From Alphaproteobacteria bacterium (GTDB lineage: Bacteria; Pseudomonadota; Alphaproteobacteria; Rickettsiales; UBA998): 64,000 bases of DNA. The notes beneath the pieces were generated by a model. That model searched no databases. It was given only the letters and a program-made list of their open reading frames with translations, and was not told where the DNA came from. A program made the position numbers and the translations under genes. Positions 1 through 9,741 of this stretch are shown one piece after another (the first letter of the stretch is position 1; every line of letters starts with the position of its first letter). Where the stretch lies: positions 12,332-76,331 of the forward strand of contig JAYUJH010000028.1 in the NCBI GenBank assembly GCA_043765375.1, written 5' to 3'.

Positions 1-354
1 ACGGTAACCCATAGCATCACGATTGGTGAGAGTGACTTCAATCTCCCATGTTTCATTCGCCAATGTTAGCGGTGTTTTAATGACATAGCGTTTTTCACAA
101 TCTCCGTTGGAACTGCGCACTTCACGGCGATCAATCACAATGGCTTGGCAGCTTTGCACTACTTTTCGGTTATTTTGCATTGGGTGAATATCAAATGTGA
201 CAATCTGCTCCCCATCATTTTCATGAGTGCGAATATTGAAAGCATGGAGTGCAGAAGTTTTTGCACCAGAATCAACGCGGGCTTTAATCGCTTGCAATCC
301 TAGCTCGGGCAGGCAGCACCATTCTTGTTTGCCGATGATGATTTTGTTATTCAT
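1..354 (-). CDS. Retropepsin-like aspartic endopeptidase / so-called ATP-dependent zinc protease family (RimK-associated type). Only the N-terminal part is present because the gene runs off the left edge
   Basis: Hand translation of the minus strand from ATG at 354 gives MNNKIIIGKQEWCCLPELGLQAIKARVDSGAKTSALHAFNI..., with a DSGA active-site-like motif. It is absent from the ORF track because the frame is open at the window edge. Confidence 0.55.
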   Translation of the reverse strand, partial: MNNKIIIGKQEWCCLPELGLQAIKARVDSGAKTSALHAFNIRTHENDGEQIVTFDIHPMQNNRKVVQSCQAIVIDRREVRSSNGDCEKRYVIKTPLTLANETWEIEVTLTNRDAMGYR

Positions 355-554
355 ATTATGTTACCTATATATACAGTGATGGTATCGTGATGGTCGTAAT
401 TTATTGTGATGCAAAAAATCTCATCACTGATAACAATATTTTACACGCTCATGCAACAAATAAAAAAATCAGGCAAGAGATGAAAATATTTCGCTTTTGT
501 CTTGAGTATTCTATAAAAGTTGCAATCCGAAGTTCATTATGATATATTATTTAT

Positions 555-1001
555 ATGACTGCTTCAACATTTGATACATTTCCCGCTGATAAATCACCGT
601 TTGATAACTCAAAACTTGATGTGGCGCAATTTGATACACTAAAGCATGTTAAGCGGTTGGAGAGTGCAGGCTTCACCCGTGAACAAGCGGAGTTGCAAAC
701 CGAAATTGCGGCAGAAGGCTTGCGTGCAACAATGCAACATTATGCAACAACTGCCGAGGTTACTCAGTTCAAATCAGAAATGAAAGGCGATTTTCAGGCG
801 TTGCGTGTAGATTTTCAGGAATTAAAACATCAAATGGAGTTGATGGAGAAAAATGTTGATAATAAAATAAGTAGTCTTGAAAATAGAATGCAAAAAGAAC
901 TTGCTCCTATTCGCACACAAATGGCGGTTATAATGTGGACGCAGGTCTTGATTGTGTTGACGGTGGTTGTTCCAGCCGTTAAGCAATTTTTGGGATTATA
1001 G
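555..1001 (+). CDS. DUF1640 (CCDC90/MCUR1-like) coiled-coil protein with C-terminal TM helix
   Basis: 148 aa. Has the FDT..VKRLESAGFTREQAE N-terminal motif, heptad-rich middle and hydrophobic C-terminus (VIMWTQVLIVLTVVVPAV). Paralog of ORF 45245..45565. Confidence 0.7.
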   Translation: MTASTFDTFPADKSPFDNSKLDVAQFDTLKHVKRLESAGFTREQAELQTEIAAEGLRATMQHYATTAEVTQFKSEMKGDFQALRVDFQELKHQMELMEKNVDNKISSLENRMQKELAPIRTQMAVIMWTQVLIVLTVVVPAVKQFLGL

Positions 1002-1044
1002 GTTTGTGATTGCAGAGTTGCGATTAACATAAAATAATCGCCTT

Positions 1045-1070
1045 GTCATACCAGTGCAGGCTGATATCCA
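1045..1070. repeat. Dispersed palindromic repeat, copy 1 (gtcataccagtgcaggctgatatcca)
   Basis: Member of the family GTCATACCAGYGCAGNCTGGTATCCA. Intergenic, 44 nt after the DUF1640 stop. Confidence 0.6.
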
Positions 1071-1344
1071 ATTTAGGGTAGCATTTTAGTGGTAATTACT
1101 TTTTAATTGTATAGTGCTTTTACCCTAATTTGCAAAAGCCAATCAAATTGGCAATTCAAATTAGGAAGCACTATAACGTAAAATAAAACTTATATACTCA
1201 TTACGTTTTAATATAAAAATACTTTGCAAAAATATTGAAAATATGGTTTGTGTTTGGTTCATAAAAATTAATATAATCGTTTTTGCTAAAATTACTCACC
1301 TAAACCACCCACCTAAACCATTAACTCAAAATAAATAGCTATCC

Positions 1345-1378
1345 AAATCAAACTTCCACTTAAATCAAACTTCCACTT
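1345..1378. repeat. Perfect 17-nt tandem duplication (aaatcaaacttccactt x2) in the ftsZ upstream region
   Basis: Read directly. Preceded by cacctaaacca x2 at 1297..1320. Confidence 0.8.
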
Positions 1379-1600
1379 GAATTAAATATCCATTAAAATT
1401 ACATAATATTTATTATAATTATGTAATGTGCATTGCAACATGAGAAAATAATGGTTATGATTGTGAAAATATATGATTATGAAAATAACTAGTTACTTAA
1501 CAAAATAAATTACTCAACAAAATAAAAATAATAGTTGCGGCGCAAATCCACAGCGCAAATTATGAAACTAAAATATAAACCACAAGGAGCAACCAGCATC

Positions 1601-3388
1601 ATGACTCTCAACCTTCACTTGCCAACTCAAGACAGAACTTTGCGTCCAAACATCACCGTTGTTGGAGTTGGTGGAGCGGGTGGAAATGCCGTTAATAATA
1701 TGATTTCAGCTGCACTTGAAGGAGTGCAATTTGTGGTAGCAAATACTGATGCGCAGGCGTTGGAAGGTGCATTGACTGAGCGAGTTATTCAGCTTGGGCG
1801 CAATCTTACTCAAGGGCTGGGTGCTGGTGCAACCCCAGAGATTGGGCAAATGGCAGCCGAGGAGGCGGCGGAAGAGATTATGAATTGCATCGCAGGCAGC
1901 CATATGGTGTTCATCACCGCTGGAATGGGCGGTGGCACTGGCACTGGAGCAGCACCCGTGGTGGCACGCATGGCACGAGAGCAAGGAATGTTGACGGTTG
2001 GGGTGGTGACAAAGCCATTTCAGTTTGAGGGCGGAAAGCGTATGAAAACGGCGGAAGCTGGATTATTGGAGTTGCAAAAATATGTTGATACGTTAATCGT
2101 TATTCCTAACCAAAATCTTTTCAGGATTGCTAATGAAAAAACTACATTCGCTGATGCTTTCAGGCTAGCTGATGAAGTTTTGCATTCGGGCGTTCGTGGC
2201 GTTACTGATTTGATGGTTAAGCCAGGGTTGGTGAACTTGGATTTTGCTGATATTCGCACGGTGATGCAAGAAATGGGCAAGGCGATGATGGGAACTGGTG
2301 AGGCATCTGGCGAAAAACGGGCGATTGAAGCGGCAGAAGCGGCAATCTCCAACCCGCTACTTGATGATGTTTCATTGAAGGGCGCGCGCGCTGCTTTAAT
2401 CAACATCACTGGCGGAATGGATATGACGTTATATGAAGTTGATGAGGCTGCAAATCGCATTCGTGAAGAAATTGATGGTGATGCAAATATCATTTTTGGT
2501 TCAACTTTTAGCGAGTCAATGCAAGGCACAATCAGGGTTTCTGTAGTGGCAACGGGTATTGACGCTGCGGATATGGGTGATAATAATATGGCACGGCAAG
2601 AGCCTGCCTCTCGCCCTTTGAGCAAGCCTTCACCTGCGCAACAATCCAATTTCCGCCCAACCTCAGCTTATTATGTGGGGCGCAAACCTAGTGCTTCTGC
2701 TTCTAATGGTTCGGGCAATAATAACTTAGGTGTAGGTAATTTTGCGGGTGATAATAATGCCCAAGCAAATGCTGGCTCTGGTGCGTCTAATTTTCCAACT
2801 TCTGCTGCTCCTGGTCTGAGCAATTCCGCTGCATCGCCTTCCAACGCTGCCGCTTCTAGTGCGTCAAGTTCTAGTGCTAGTTCTAGCGCATTTCGTTCAG
2901 AGCCAAGGATTTCCGCTAACCTCGCCAAGCCGTCATTCGCTAATCCATCAGATGTTAATCGCAATTTAGCGGCTCAACAAAAAAGCAGTGTGGGTTATGC
3001 TGCGCCCTCGCACGATGAAGTTCGTAACAGTTCACCTCGCAAAGAGGCTAGCAATAATTTCCCCGCCAGCAATTTTCTTGCAAATCGTGATAAAGTTAGC
3101 TCGGAGCAATCACCCAACCAATCATATGGTGAAGTTGGCGTGGATAATGAAAATGCTGGTGCATCAGAAAATGGTGGCGCATTTAGAATATTAAGCAAAA
3201 TTGCTGATGTTGGTAGGTCGTTAAATAATGCGGCGCATGCACGCAATGAAAGCATGGCAGTGGGGCGAAATATTGAATCTTCGCAACAAAATTATGAACC
3301 AGTGCCAGAAGTTTTTGATGATTATCGTGAGCATGAAGAGGGCAATCAATATGATATACCCGCTTTTTTACGGCGCAAAAACTCATAA
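1601..3388 (+). CDS. ftsZ: Cell division protein FtsZ with very long low-complexity C-terminal linker
   Basis: Contains [12 protein letters not shown], the tubulin signature [12 protein letters not shown], and the conserved terminal peptide DIPAFLRRK. Start moved from TTG 1535 to ATG 1601, which sits 9 nt after AGGAG. Confidence 0.95.
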   Translation: MTLNLHLPTQDRTLRPNITVVGVGGAGGNAVNNMISAALEGVQFVVANTDAQALEGALTERVIQLGRNLTQGLGAGATPEIGQMAAEEAAEEIMNCIAGSHMVFITAGMGGGTGTGAAPVVARMAREQGMLTVGVVTKPFQFEGGKRMKTAEAGLLELQKYVDTLIVIPNQNLFRIANEKTTFADAFRLADEVLHSGVRGVTDLMVKPGLVNLDFADIRTVMQEMGKAMMGTGEASGEKRAIEAAEAAISNPLLDDVSLKGARAALINITGGMDMTLYEVDEAANRIREEIDGDANIIFGSTFSESMQGTIRVSVVATGIDAADMGDNNMARQEPASRPLSKPSPAQQSNFRPTSAYYVGRKPSASASNGSGNNNLGVGNFAGDNNAQANAGSGASNFPTSAAPGLSNSAASPSNAAASSASSSSASSSAFRSEPRISANLAKPSFANPSDVNRNLAAQQKSSVGYAAPSHDEVRNSSPRKEASNNFPASNFLANRDKVSSEQSPNQSYGEVGVDNENAGASENGGAFRILSKIADVGRSLNNAAHARNESMAVGRNIESSQQNYEPVPEVFDDYREHEEGNQYDIPAFLRRKNS

Positions 3389-3402
3389 AATATGTATATT
3401 TA

Positions 3403-3438
3403 AGCCATTTTCTTTGATTGGGAAATGGCTTTTTATTT
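3403..3438 (+). terminator. Rho-independent terminator after ftsZ
   Basis: Stem agccattt / aaatggct with a 12-nt loop, followed by ttttattt. Confidence 0.65.
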
Positions 3439-3662
3439 GGCTTTTTTGATGTGCGTTTTTGCCTGTTGATTGAGTTGTTGAGGTGATGAAAATGCAAAAC
3501 TGTTGTTTGAGAGCAACAGTTTTATGTTTTGAGTGAAAAAGAATGGCAAAAAACAGTGTTATTGTTTGTAACTTATCAGTTGATAGCTTATAAATATTTT
3601 TAAGGAAGCGCATTTGATTGCGTGACTCATATGTTTAACAATTAAGGTAATGTAGAAATAGG

Positions 3663-4799
3663 ATGAAAATCATGAAAAAACTATTACTCGGAACAACTGG
3701 GCTAGTGGCTGCTGCTGCTATGTTCGCAAGTGCAGCTAATGCACAAACTCCGAAAGTAACTATTGGTGGATTTGCTAACTTTGAAGCTGGCGGAACTAGT
3801 GACGATTTAGATAAAGGTCAACGTACACAAGGGTTCCGTAATGATACGGAGTTGTCATTCCGTGTTGACGGTAAAATGGATAACAGAGATCTAGGATATG
3901 GTGCTGTTGTTGATATGGAAGCTGATGTTAGCGGTGACGTTAATAATCAAGGTCTAAATGCAGCTCGCACTTACGTTTATTTGGACGGAATGTGGGGACG
4001 CTTTGAACTAGGTTCAAATCAAGGTGCATCATCAACTATGCGTGTTGATGCCTCAACTTTGGCTGCTGCAAGCGGTGGTATTGATGGCTCATGGGTGTTC
4101 TTTGCTAACCCAACAGGACAATCTTTTATCACAACTCCAGGTTTGCCAACTGAGCACGGTTCTTTGACTTCATTGAATGATGAAAGCCAATCAAACGCAA
4201 ACAAAATCACTTATTATTCTCCACGTTACCAAGGATTCCAAGTTGGCGTTGGCTATCAGCCAGATCAAACAGATCGTGGACAAATCGTAAGTCGCAACAA
4301 AAATAATGCTGGACAATCTGGTAACATTTTTGATGCTGGTTTGAACTATGAAAACCAATTTGGTGATTTCTCAGTAGCAGCTGCTGCAACTGGTCAAATG
4401 GGTTCAGGCGAAACTAACGCAACCCAAGATTTAGCAGCATATAATGTTGGTGGATTGGTTGGTTATATGGGCTTCAAACTAGCAGCATCATATGCTGATT
4501 GGTCTGATAGCAACAGCTTGAACAATAACGCCGATGGCAGCTATTGGACAGTTGGTGCAGGATATGATTACGGTGCGTTTGGTTCATCTGTAACATATTT
4601 GAAGAGCGAATATAAAGGAACGGCTAGAGCTGCTAATAATAAGTTTGATAACATTGTTGCAAGTGTTGACTATAAACTTGCTCCAGGTTTAACTCCTTAT
4701 GCAGAATATAGCGTTTATAACTTTGATGCTGCTGGTCACGTTCGTGGACAAAACAATAATGGACAAGTATTCTTGATTGGAACACAATTAGCGTTTTAA
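3663..4799 (+). CDS. Outer-membrane porin (alphaproteobacterial general porin type)
   Basis: 378 aa. Signal peptide ends ASAANA-Q, alternating beta-strand pattern rich in G/Y/D/N, C-terminal ...GTQLAF. Confidence 0.8.
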   Translation: MKIMKKLLLGTTGLVAAAAMFASAANAQTPKVTIGGFANFEAGGTSDDLDKGQRTQGFRNDTELSFRVDGKMDNRDLGYGAVVDMEADVSGDVNNQGLNAARTYVYLDGMWGRFELGSNQGASSTMRVDASTLAAASGGIDGSWVFFANPTGQSFITTPGLPTEHGSLTSLNDESQSNANKITYYSPRYQGFQVGVGYQPDQTDRGQIVSRNKNNAGQSGNIFDAGLNYENQFGDFSVAAAATGQMGSGETNATQDLAAYNVGGLVGYMGFKLAASYADWSDSNSLNNNADGSYWTVGAGYDYGAFGSSVTYLKSEYKGTARAANNKFDNIVASVDYKLAPGLTPYAEYSVYNFDAAGHVRGQNNNGQVFLIGTQLAF

Positions 4800-4824
4800 T
4801 TTTAGGAACTATTTGTTAGAGAAA

Positions 4825-4850
4825 AGGGGGCTTTTGAGCCTCCTTTTTTT
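4825..4850 (+). terminator. Rho-independent terminator after porin gene
   Basis: agggggc / gcctcct stem (one G-U pair), 6-nt loop, followed by T7. Confidence 0.7.
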
Positions 4851-4878
4851 GTGAAAGCGGTTTTTATGAGGAGGCGAT

Positions 4879-5916
4879 ATGAAAAAACATGCAGTGGCAA
4901 TTTTAGGGGCGAGCGGTTATACTGGTGCAGAACTGATACGTTCATTATTATGTCACCCAAATATTGAGATAAAATCACTCGCCGCATATAGCCAAGCAGG
5001 GCTTGCGATGGAGCAAATATTCCCGCATTTAGCATACGCTATTTTGCCTCAAGTTACCCATATTGATGCGGTTAATTATGATGAGATTGAGTTAGTATTT
5101 TGTTGTTTGCCTCATGCGGCTTCACAAAAAATCATAGCTAATTTGCCAAAACATTTGCGTATCATTGATTTATCGGCGGATTTCCGCTTGCGTGACATTG
5201 CCGAATATGAGAAATATTATGGCGCAACTCACCAAGCAACCGAATTGCAAGATATCGCTGTTTATGGTTTAAGCGAGCATTATCGTACAGAAATTGCTGA
5301 TGCGAAATTGGTAGCCAACCCCGGTTGTTACCCCACTTGCACGCTTTTGCCTCTAATTCCATTATTGCAGGCGGGCGTGATTGCCCCGCAAAACATTATT
5401 ATTGATGCGAAATCAGGAGTTAGTGGCGCAGGGCGTAGTGTTTCACAGCATTTGCTTTTCAATGAAGTAGCAGAGGGTATGAGCGCATATGCGGTTAATA
5501 ATCATCGTCATATTGGTGAATTGCAGCAAGAAATTAATCATTTTAATGCAACCCAAATCCCGATAACATTTGTGCCGCATTTAATTCCGATGCGCAGGGG
5601 CATGATGGTGACTAGTTATGCGCAGCTAAAGCCTGAATATAGCATAGCCGAGGCAAGAAATATCTTACAAAATGCTTACCAAAACGAGCAATTTGTGCAT
5701 ATTTTGCCTGAAAATATCATGCCATCAACGCATCATGTGCGTGGTTCAAACCATTGTTGCATCAATATTATGCAGGGGGGCGATAATCAAATTATTTTAA
5801 TTTCGGTGATTGATAATTTGCAAAAAGGGTCATCAGGGCAGGCGGTGCAGAATATGAATATCATGTTGAAATTGCCTGAAAATAATGGGTTGCAACAAAC
5901 TGCGTTGTTTCCATAG
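4879..5916 (+). CDS. argC: N-acetyl-gamma-glutamyl-phosphate reductase
   Basis: 345 aa. Has ILGASGYTGAEL Rossmann N-terminus, active-site region NPGCYPT, and DNLxKGSSGQAVQNMN near the C-terminus. Confidence 0.9.
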   Translation: MKKHAVAILGASGYTGAELIRSLLCHPNIEIKSLAAYSQAGLAMEQIFPHLAYAILPQVTHIDAVNYDEIELVFCCLPHAASQKIIANLPKHLRIIDLSADFRLRDIAEYEKYYGATHQATELQDIAVYGLSEHYRTEIADAKLVANPGCYPTCTLLPLIPLLQAGVIAPQNIIIDAKSGVSGAGRSVSQHLLFNEVAEGMSAYAVNNHRHIGELQQEINHFNATQIPITFVPHLIPMRRGMMVTSYAQLKPEYSIAEARNILQNAYQNEQFVHILPENIMPSTHHVRGSNHCCINIMQGGDNQIILISVIDNLQKGSSGQAVQNMNIMLKLPENNGLQQTALFP

Positions 5917-5987
5917 GGTTATCACGAAGGCATTATTTGCTTGAAAAACAGTGATGGAATATGCTAAAAATATATAGGAGAAAAATA

Positions 5988-6293
5988 ATGTTTCAAGTTA
6001 AAATATATCAACCAACAAAAACTGCGATGCAATCAGGACGAGCGAAAACAAAATCGTGGAAATTGGAATATGAGCCACAAAATGCGTCATTTGTTGAGCC
6101 ATTAATGGGGTGGATTGGTCAGATTGATACGCTCCAGCAAATTGATTTGTGGTTTGAAACCAAAGAGCAAGCGGTGAATTATGCGCATGAAAATCAGCTT
6201 ACATATTATATCAAGCTACCAAAACAAAAAATTATGCAGAAAAAATCATATAGTGATAATTTTCGTTTTGATGCCGTTCGCAAAACAAGCTAA
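5988..6293 (+). CDS. ETC complex I subunit conserved-region protein (NDUFS4-like)
   Basis: The motif KIYQPTKTAMQSGRAKTKSWKLEYEP...PLMGW is typical of bacterial NDUFS4 homologs. Start set at ATG 5988 behind AGGAG. Confidence 0.75.
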   Translation: MFQVKIYQPTKTAMQSGRAKTKSWKLEYEPQNASFVEPLMGWIGQIDTLQQIDLWFETKEQAVNYAHENQLTYYIKLPKQKIMQKKSYSDNFRFDAVRKTS

Positions 6294-6304
6294 TATACTA
6301 TATA

Positions 6305-7291
6305 TTATTTGCGGCGAGTAACCACGAAATCCGCCAATGCGTGCAAATGGCGAGCTTTTTTCTGTTCAAACACTTCCAAATGCGCCGATGCTTGTTTTGC
6401 CAAAATATTCGCCTGTTGACGAGCCCGTTCAATCCCCAAGGCTTGCACTAACGTGGCTTTGCCTCGTGTTTCGTCTTTGCGCACTTCTTTACCCGCCTCT
6501 TCACGAGTTCCCTCAGCATCAAGCAAATCATCGGTTATTTGGAATGCTAGCCCTAAATCATGAGCGTAACGACGCAATGCGTTGCGCAACATTGGTGGTG
6601 CTTTGCCTAAAATCGCCCCAACTTCACATGAAACTGCGAACATCTCCCCTGTTTTTAAGCGTTGCAGGCGAATAATTTCCTCAATACTTAATTGTTTTTT
6701 CTCGGCTAACAAATCCAACATTTGCCCACCAACTAGGCCGTTTGCTCCAGCTGCTTTGGCGACAGTTCGCACTAAATCACAACATACTGCGGGGTCTGAG
6801 TGCAATTCATCGCTCGCTAAAATGCCAAAAGCTAGAGCTTGCAACGCATCACCTGCTAAAATTGCGACCGCTTCACCATATTTGACGTGGCAACTTGGTT
6901 TGCCGCGGCGCAAATCGTCATCGTCCATGGCGGGCAAATCATCATGAACGAGTGAATATGTATGAATAAACTCAATCGCTGAGGCTGCCATTAAAGCGGA
7001 ATTATTGGAAACGCCAAATAATCCTGCGCATGTGACTGTTAAGAATGGGCGCAATCTTTTGCCTCCACCAAGGGCGGAATAGCGCATTGCCTCCATTACT
7101 ACTGATTCGCCACCAACGGAAGAGCCACCAATAGAGGATTTTTCAGAAGCCAAATTGCGCCCTGCTAACGTCACCACATTGCTGGAAAATCCCTCAGGGT
7201 GTGGTAAAATCTCGTCCATAATTTGCTCAAGCTCAAAGCTCACTTCTCCCAAGGCTTGGTGCATCTCTTGAATTGCGATATTTTCTGTCAT
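6305..7291 (-). CDS. ispA: Farnesyl-diphosphate synthase (polyprenyl synthetase)
   Basis: First and second Asp-rich motifs LVHDDLPAMDDDDLRRG and FQITDDLLD. Lies downstream of xseB, as in the classical xseB-ispA arrangement. Confidence 0.9.
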   Translation of the reverse strand: MTENIAIQEMHQALGEVSFELEQIMDEILPHPEGFSSNVVTLAGRNLASEKSSIGGSSVGGESVVMEAMRYSALGGGKRLRPFLTVTCAGLFGVSNNSALMAASAIEFIHTYSLVHDDLPAMDDDDLRRGKPSCHVKYGEAVAILAGDALQALAFGILASDELHSDPAVCCDLVRTVAKAAGANGLVGGQMLDLLAEKKQLSIEEIIRLQRLKTGEMFAVSCEVGAILGKAPPMLRNALRRYAHDLGLAFQITDDLLDAEGTREEAGKEVRKDETRGKATLVQALGIERARQQANILAKQASAHLEVFEQKKARHLHALADFVVTRRK

Positions 7292-7329
7292 ATAATCTAT
7301 GCCTTCATGTTGATTTAAGCTATGTTAAT

Positions 7330-7566
7330 TTAAGCGTCAAATGGTTCAGTTGTGACCGCTCCATTCTCGCTGCGTATAATTTTTTCCACTTGTAATTTTG
7401 CATTATTCAGAGTTTTTTGGCAATGAGTTTTCAGCTCATTTCCCCGCATATAATTTTTGATGGAGTCGTCTAAGCTAATTTCACCAACTTCCAGCTTGCG
7501 CACGATTGCTTCAAGCTCTTTCATTGCCTGCTCAAAACTCATATCATTAATTTGTTGTAATTCCAT
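7330..7566 (-). CDS. xseB: Exodeoxyribonuclease VII small subunit
   Basis: 78 aa. Has SFEQAMKELEAIVRKLEVGEISLDDSIKNYMRG. Confidence 0.9.
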   Translation of the reverse strand: MELQQINDMSFEQAMKELEAIVRKLEVGEISLDDSIKNYMRGNELKTHCQKTLNNAKLQVEKIIRSENGAVTTEPFDA

Positions 7567-7602
7567 TTATAAATACATATCAATTTTGGTGCAACATTGC
7601 AA

Positions 7603-8031
7603 CTAATTATTCAATTTAACCAAATCATCAATTTTAATATCCCGTTTTTTTGCAATTCCAGCGTTTAATTCCAACACATATTTCGCAGGGGAGGGAGAAT
7701 TAATGCGGGATAAATCTTGCGCAATTGCCGTATGAATGCCAATTATTTTGTTGTTTTCATCAATAAATAGCATATCTAAATCAATTAATGTATCTTTCAT
7801 CCACATACTCAACATATGCGCTCGTGAATGAACAAATAACATACCGCTATTTTGCGCTAACTCCTTGCGAAACATTAAGCCTTGTTGCAGTTGTTGTTGC
7901 GTTTGGGCTATTTCAACATTAAAAATATGCGCATTGATGGTGATTATTTGTGCCGTTGCAACACCAGCAATTACGCATAAAAAAAGCGCAGTTAATCCAA
8001 ATAATAATTTGAAATAACCACGCTTCAGCAT
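7603..8031 (-). CDS. DUF192 domain protein, secreted
   Basis: 142 aa. Signal-like N-terminus, with GLMFRKEL...GMLFV...MWMKDTLIDLDMLFID...YVLELNAG. Confidence 0.75.
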   Translation of the reverse strand: MLKRGYFKLLFGLTALFLCVIAGVATAQIITINAHIFNVEIAQTQQQLQQGLMFRKELAQNSGMLFVHSRAHMLSMWMKDTLIDLDMLFIDENNKIIGIHTAIAQDLSRINSPSPAKYVLELNAGIAKKRDIKIDDLVKLNN

Positions 8032-8035
8032 TAAA

Positions 8036-8842
8036 TTATGCAGCTACTTTTTTGCTTTTTTCGGTGATTTCTGCTTCACCACTAATACGTATTTCACCAG
8101 TCATTTGTCCGCCACGTTCAATCTCAATTTCACCGTAGGATATTTTACCACGAACTTTTCCAGTTGAATAAATCGTCAAGCGATTGCGCACGATTAAGTC
8201 ACCTTCAAATAATCCGCTAATTTCAGCATCTTGAATCTCGGCAGTGCCTTTGAATGAACCACTTTCTGATATTTCTACCGTATGAACATCTTTCAAAATT
8301 GCATCAACCATGCCCTCAATCACCAAACGATCACAAGTTGCAATTTCACCTTTGAGCAAAATATCATTACCAACTGTTAATACACGCTTGTTGTTTTTTG
8401 CGGCACCAGCAGGTGATTGACGCACATCATCACTGCTTGCAGCGTTGCGGATTGCTGCGTCTGCCGCTGAGAAATTACCACCATTCATTGCGGGGCGTGG
8501 TGCAGTTGTCGCAGGGCGCATTTGTGAGCTTCCTTGCGCTGAACTAGCAGGGCGGTATCCACCAGTGGCAGGGTTGCCCATAGCTGGGGCTGCTGGAGCT
8601 CTACCAAGCGTTGCAGGATTTGCTAAAGTGGCTGTTTCACCACGATTTTGTTGATCATTATTATTTTCTGAAACCATAATTTTTAACTCCCCTAAATCTT
8701 TATCTTTTAAGCTATCATCTTTTAAGTCTTTATCTTGCGCACTTGTATCGTTCAACTGCTCTTTCTCCGAGGTTTCAGAGTTTTCACCCTTCAAATCATC
8801 ATCTTTTTTGCGAAACATGTCAAAAGCCGTATTAAAAACCAT
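8036..8842 (-). CDS. Bactofilin family cytoskeletal protein with long disordered N-terminal region
   Basis: The C-terminal ~110 aa are a beta-helical repeat (ILLKGEI..DRLVIEGMVDA...FKGTAEIQDAEISGLFEGDLIVRNRLTIYSTGKVRGKISYGEIEIERGG). The N-terminus is D/K/P/A-rich. Confidence 0.8.
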   Translation of the reverse strand: MVFNTAFDMFRKKDDDLKGENSETSEKEQLNDTSAQDKDLKDDSLKDKDLGELKIMVSENNNDQQNRGETATLANPATLGRAPAAPAMGNPATGGYRPASSAQGSSQMRPATTAPRPAMNGGNFSAADAAIRNAASSDDVRQSPAGAAKNNKRVLTVGNDILLKGEIATCDRLVIEGMVDAILKDVHTVEISESGSFKGTAEIQDAEISGLFEGDLIVRNRLTIYSTGKVRGKISYGEIEIERGGQMTGEIRISGEAEITEKSKKVAA

Positions 8843-8955
8843 ATTGAAATATTTTGTTACATTTAATTAAATTATCTTTATTTTTTCTAAACATTTTTTT
8901 GCAATAAGTCCATCAAATAATGCGCAAATTACATAATTATTTGCAGATGCACAAA

Positions 8956-9708
8956 TTACAACATAATCGCTGAAATCTGCCTGCCATAATCCGCTTCACC
9001 CGCATGTGTGGCGCGGCGAAAACTGAAATAATACTCTTGCATTGCATAAGTATCATGTGGAAATATTTCAACATTTTTAATGCCAATATGCGCTAATTTT
9101 TCCGCTATAAATGCCTTATTATCAAATAATAATTTAGTTGATTTGGGCGAAGATATAAAAAACTTTTGCCATGATTGGTTTTTGCGAATATAATAATCGG
9201 CGAAATCCTGCTCCACCTCATAGCTACATTGCGCAATTGATGCACCAACAGCGCAATGAATGTTGGCTATGTTCGCTCCCAATGATTGCATTGCTTCAAT
9301 TGTGGCTTCAATAATTCCACCAAGCGCACCCTTCCAACCAGCATGAGCTGCGGCAATCACGCCCGCCTTTGCATCATGCAACAATATTGGTGCGCAATCA
9401 GCGGTGAGAACCCCAAGCACTAGCCTTCTCTTATTGGTTGCTAGCGCATCACCCGCAATATTAGTCATGTCAGAGGCATCATTCACCACATGACAAATAT
9501 TGCTGTGAGTTTGTTTGAGGGTGAGCAAATGCGATGCTTGCACCCCAAAATGAGTTGCAATAATATGGCGATTTTGCGTAATATTTCCCACATCATCATT
9601 TGAGCCATAGCTAGCATTAAGTGACCCATAAATCCCGTCACTCACCCCACCGCCTCGCCCAAAAAACCCATGGTTTGTTGATATATTAGGCGAGGTGAGG
9701 AACTTCAT
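8956..9708 (-). CDS. pgeF: Peptidoglycan editing factor PgeF (YfiH/laccase-domain, DUF152)
   Basis: 250 aa. Has LKQTHS, TADCAPILL and AAHAGWKG motifs. Confidence 0.85.
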   Translation of the reverse strand: MKFLTSPNISTNHGFFGRGGGVSDGIYGSLNASYGSNDDVGNITQNRHIIATHFGVQASHLLTLKQTHSNICHVVNDASDMTNIAGDALATNKRRLVLGVLTADCAPILLHDAKAGVIAAAHAGWKGALGGIIEATIEAMQSLGANIANIHCAVGASIAQCSYEVEQDFADYYIRKNQSWQKFFISSPKSTKLLFDNKAFIAEKLAHIGIKNVEIFPHDTYAMQEYYFSFRRATHAGEADYGRQISAIML

Positions 9709-9741
9709 TTTAATCTAATCCCTTAGTTTATTCGTTATTAA

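Noticed and set aside
1297-1378. Short tandem repeats (also 55220..55465 and 43571..43600), checked as possible CRISPR arrays
   Set aside because: The repeats are directly adjacent or only 1-7 nt apart, with only two copies each, no spacers of 25-40 nt and no cas genes. They are simple tandem duplications.
2020-2649. 209-aa ORF antisense to ftsZ. Similar long antisense or out-of-frame ORFs include 23013..23558 in atpG, 24438..24869 in atpA, 45923..46570 in bamB, 60640..61269 in leuC and 15638..16102 opposite scoA
   Set aside because: All lie entirely within strongly supported conserved genes on the other strand or frame. Their skewed low-complexity composition is typical of shadow ORFs, and they have no start context.
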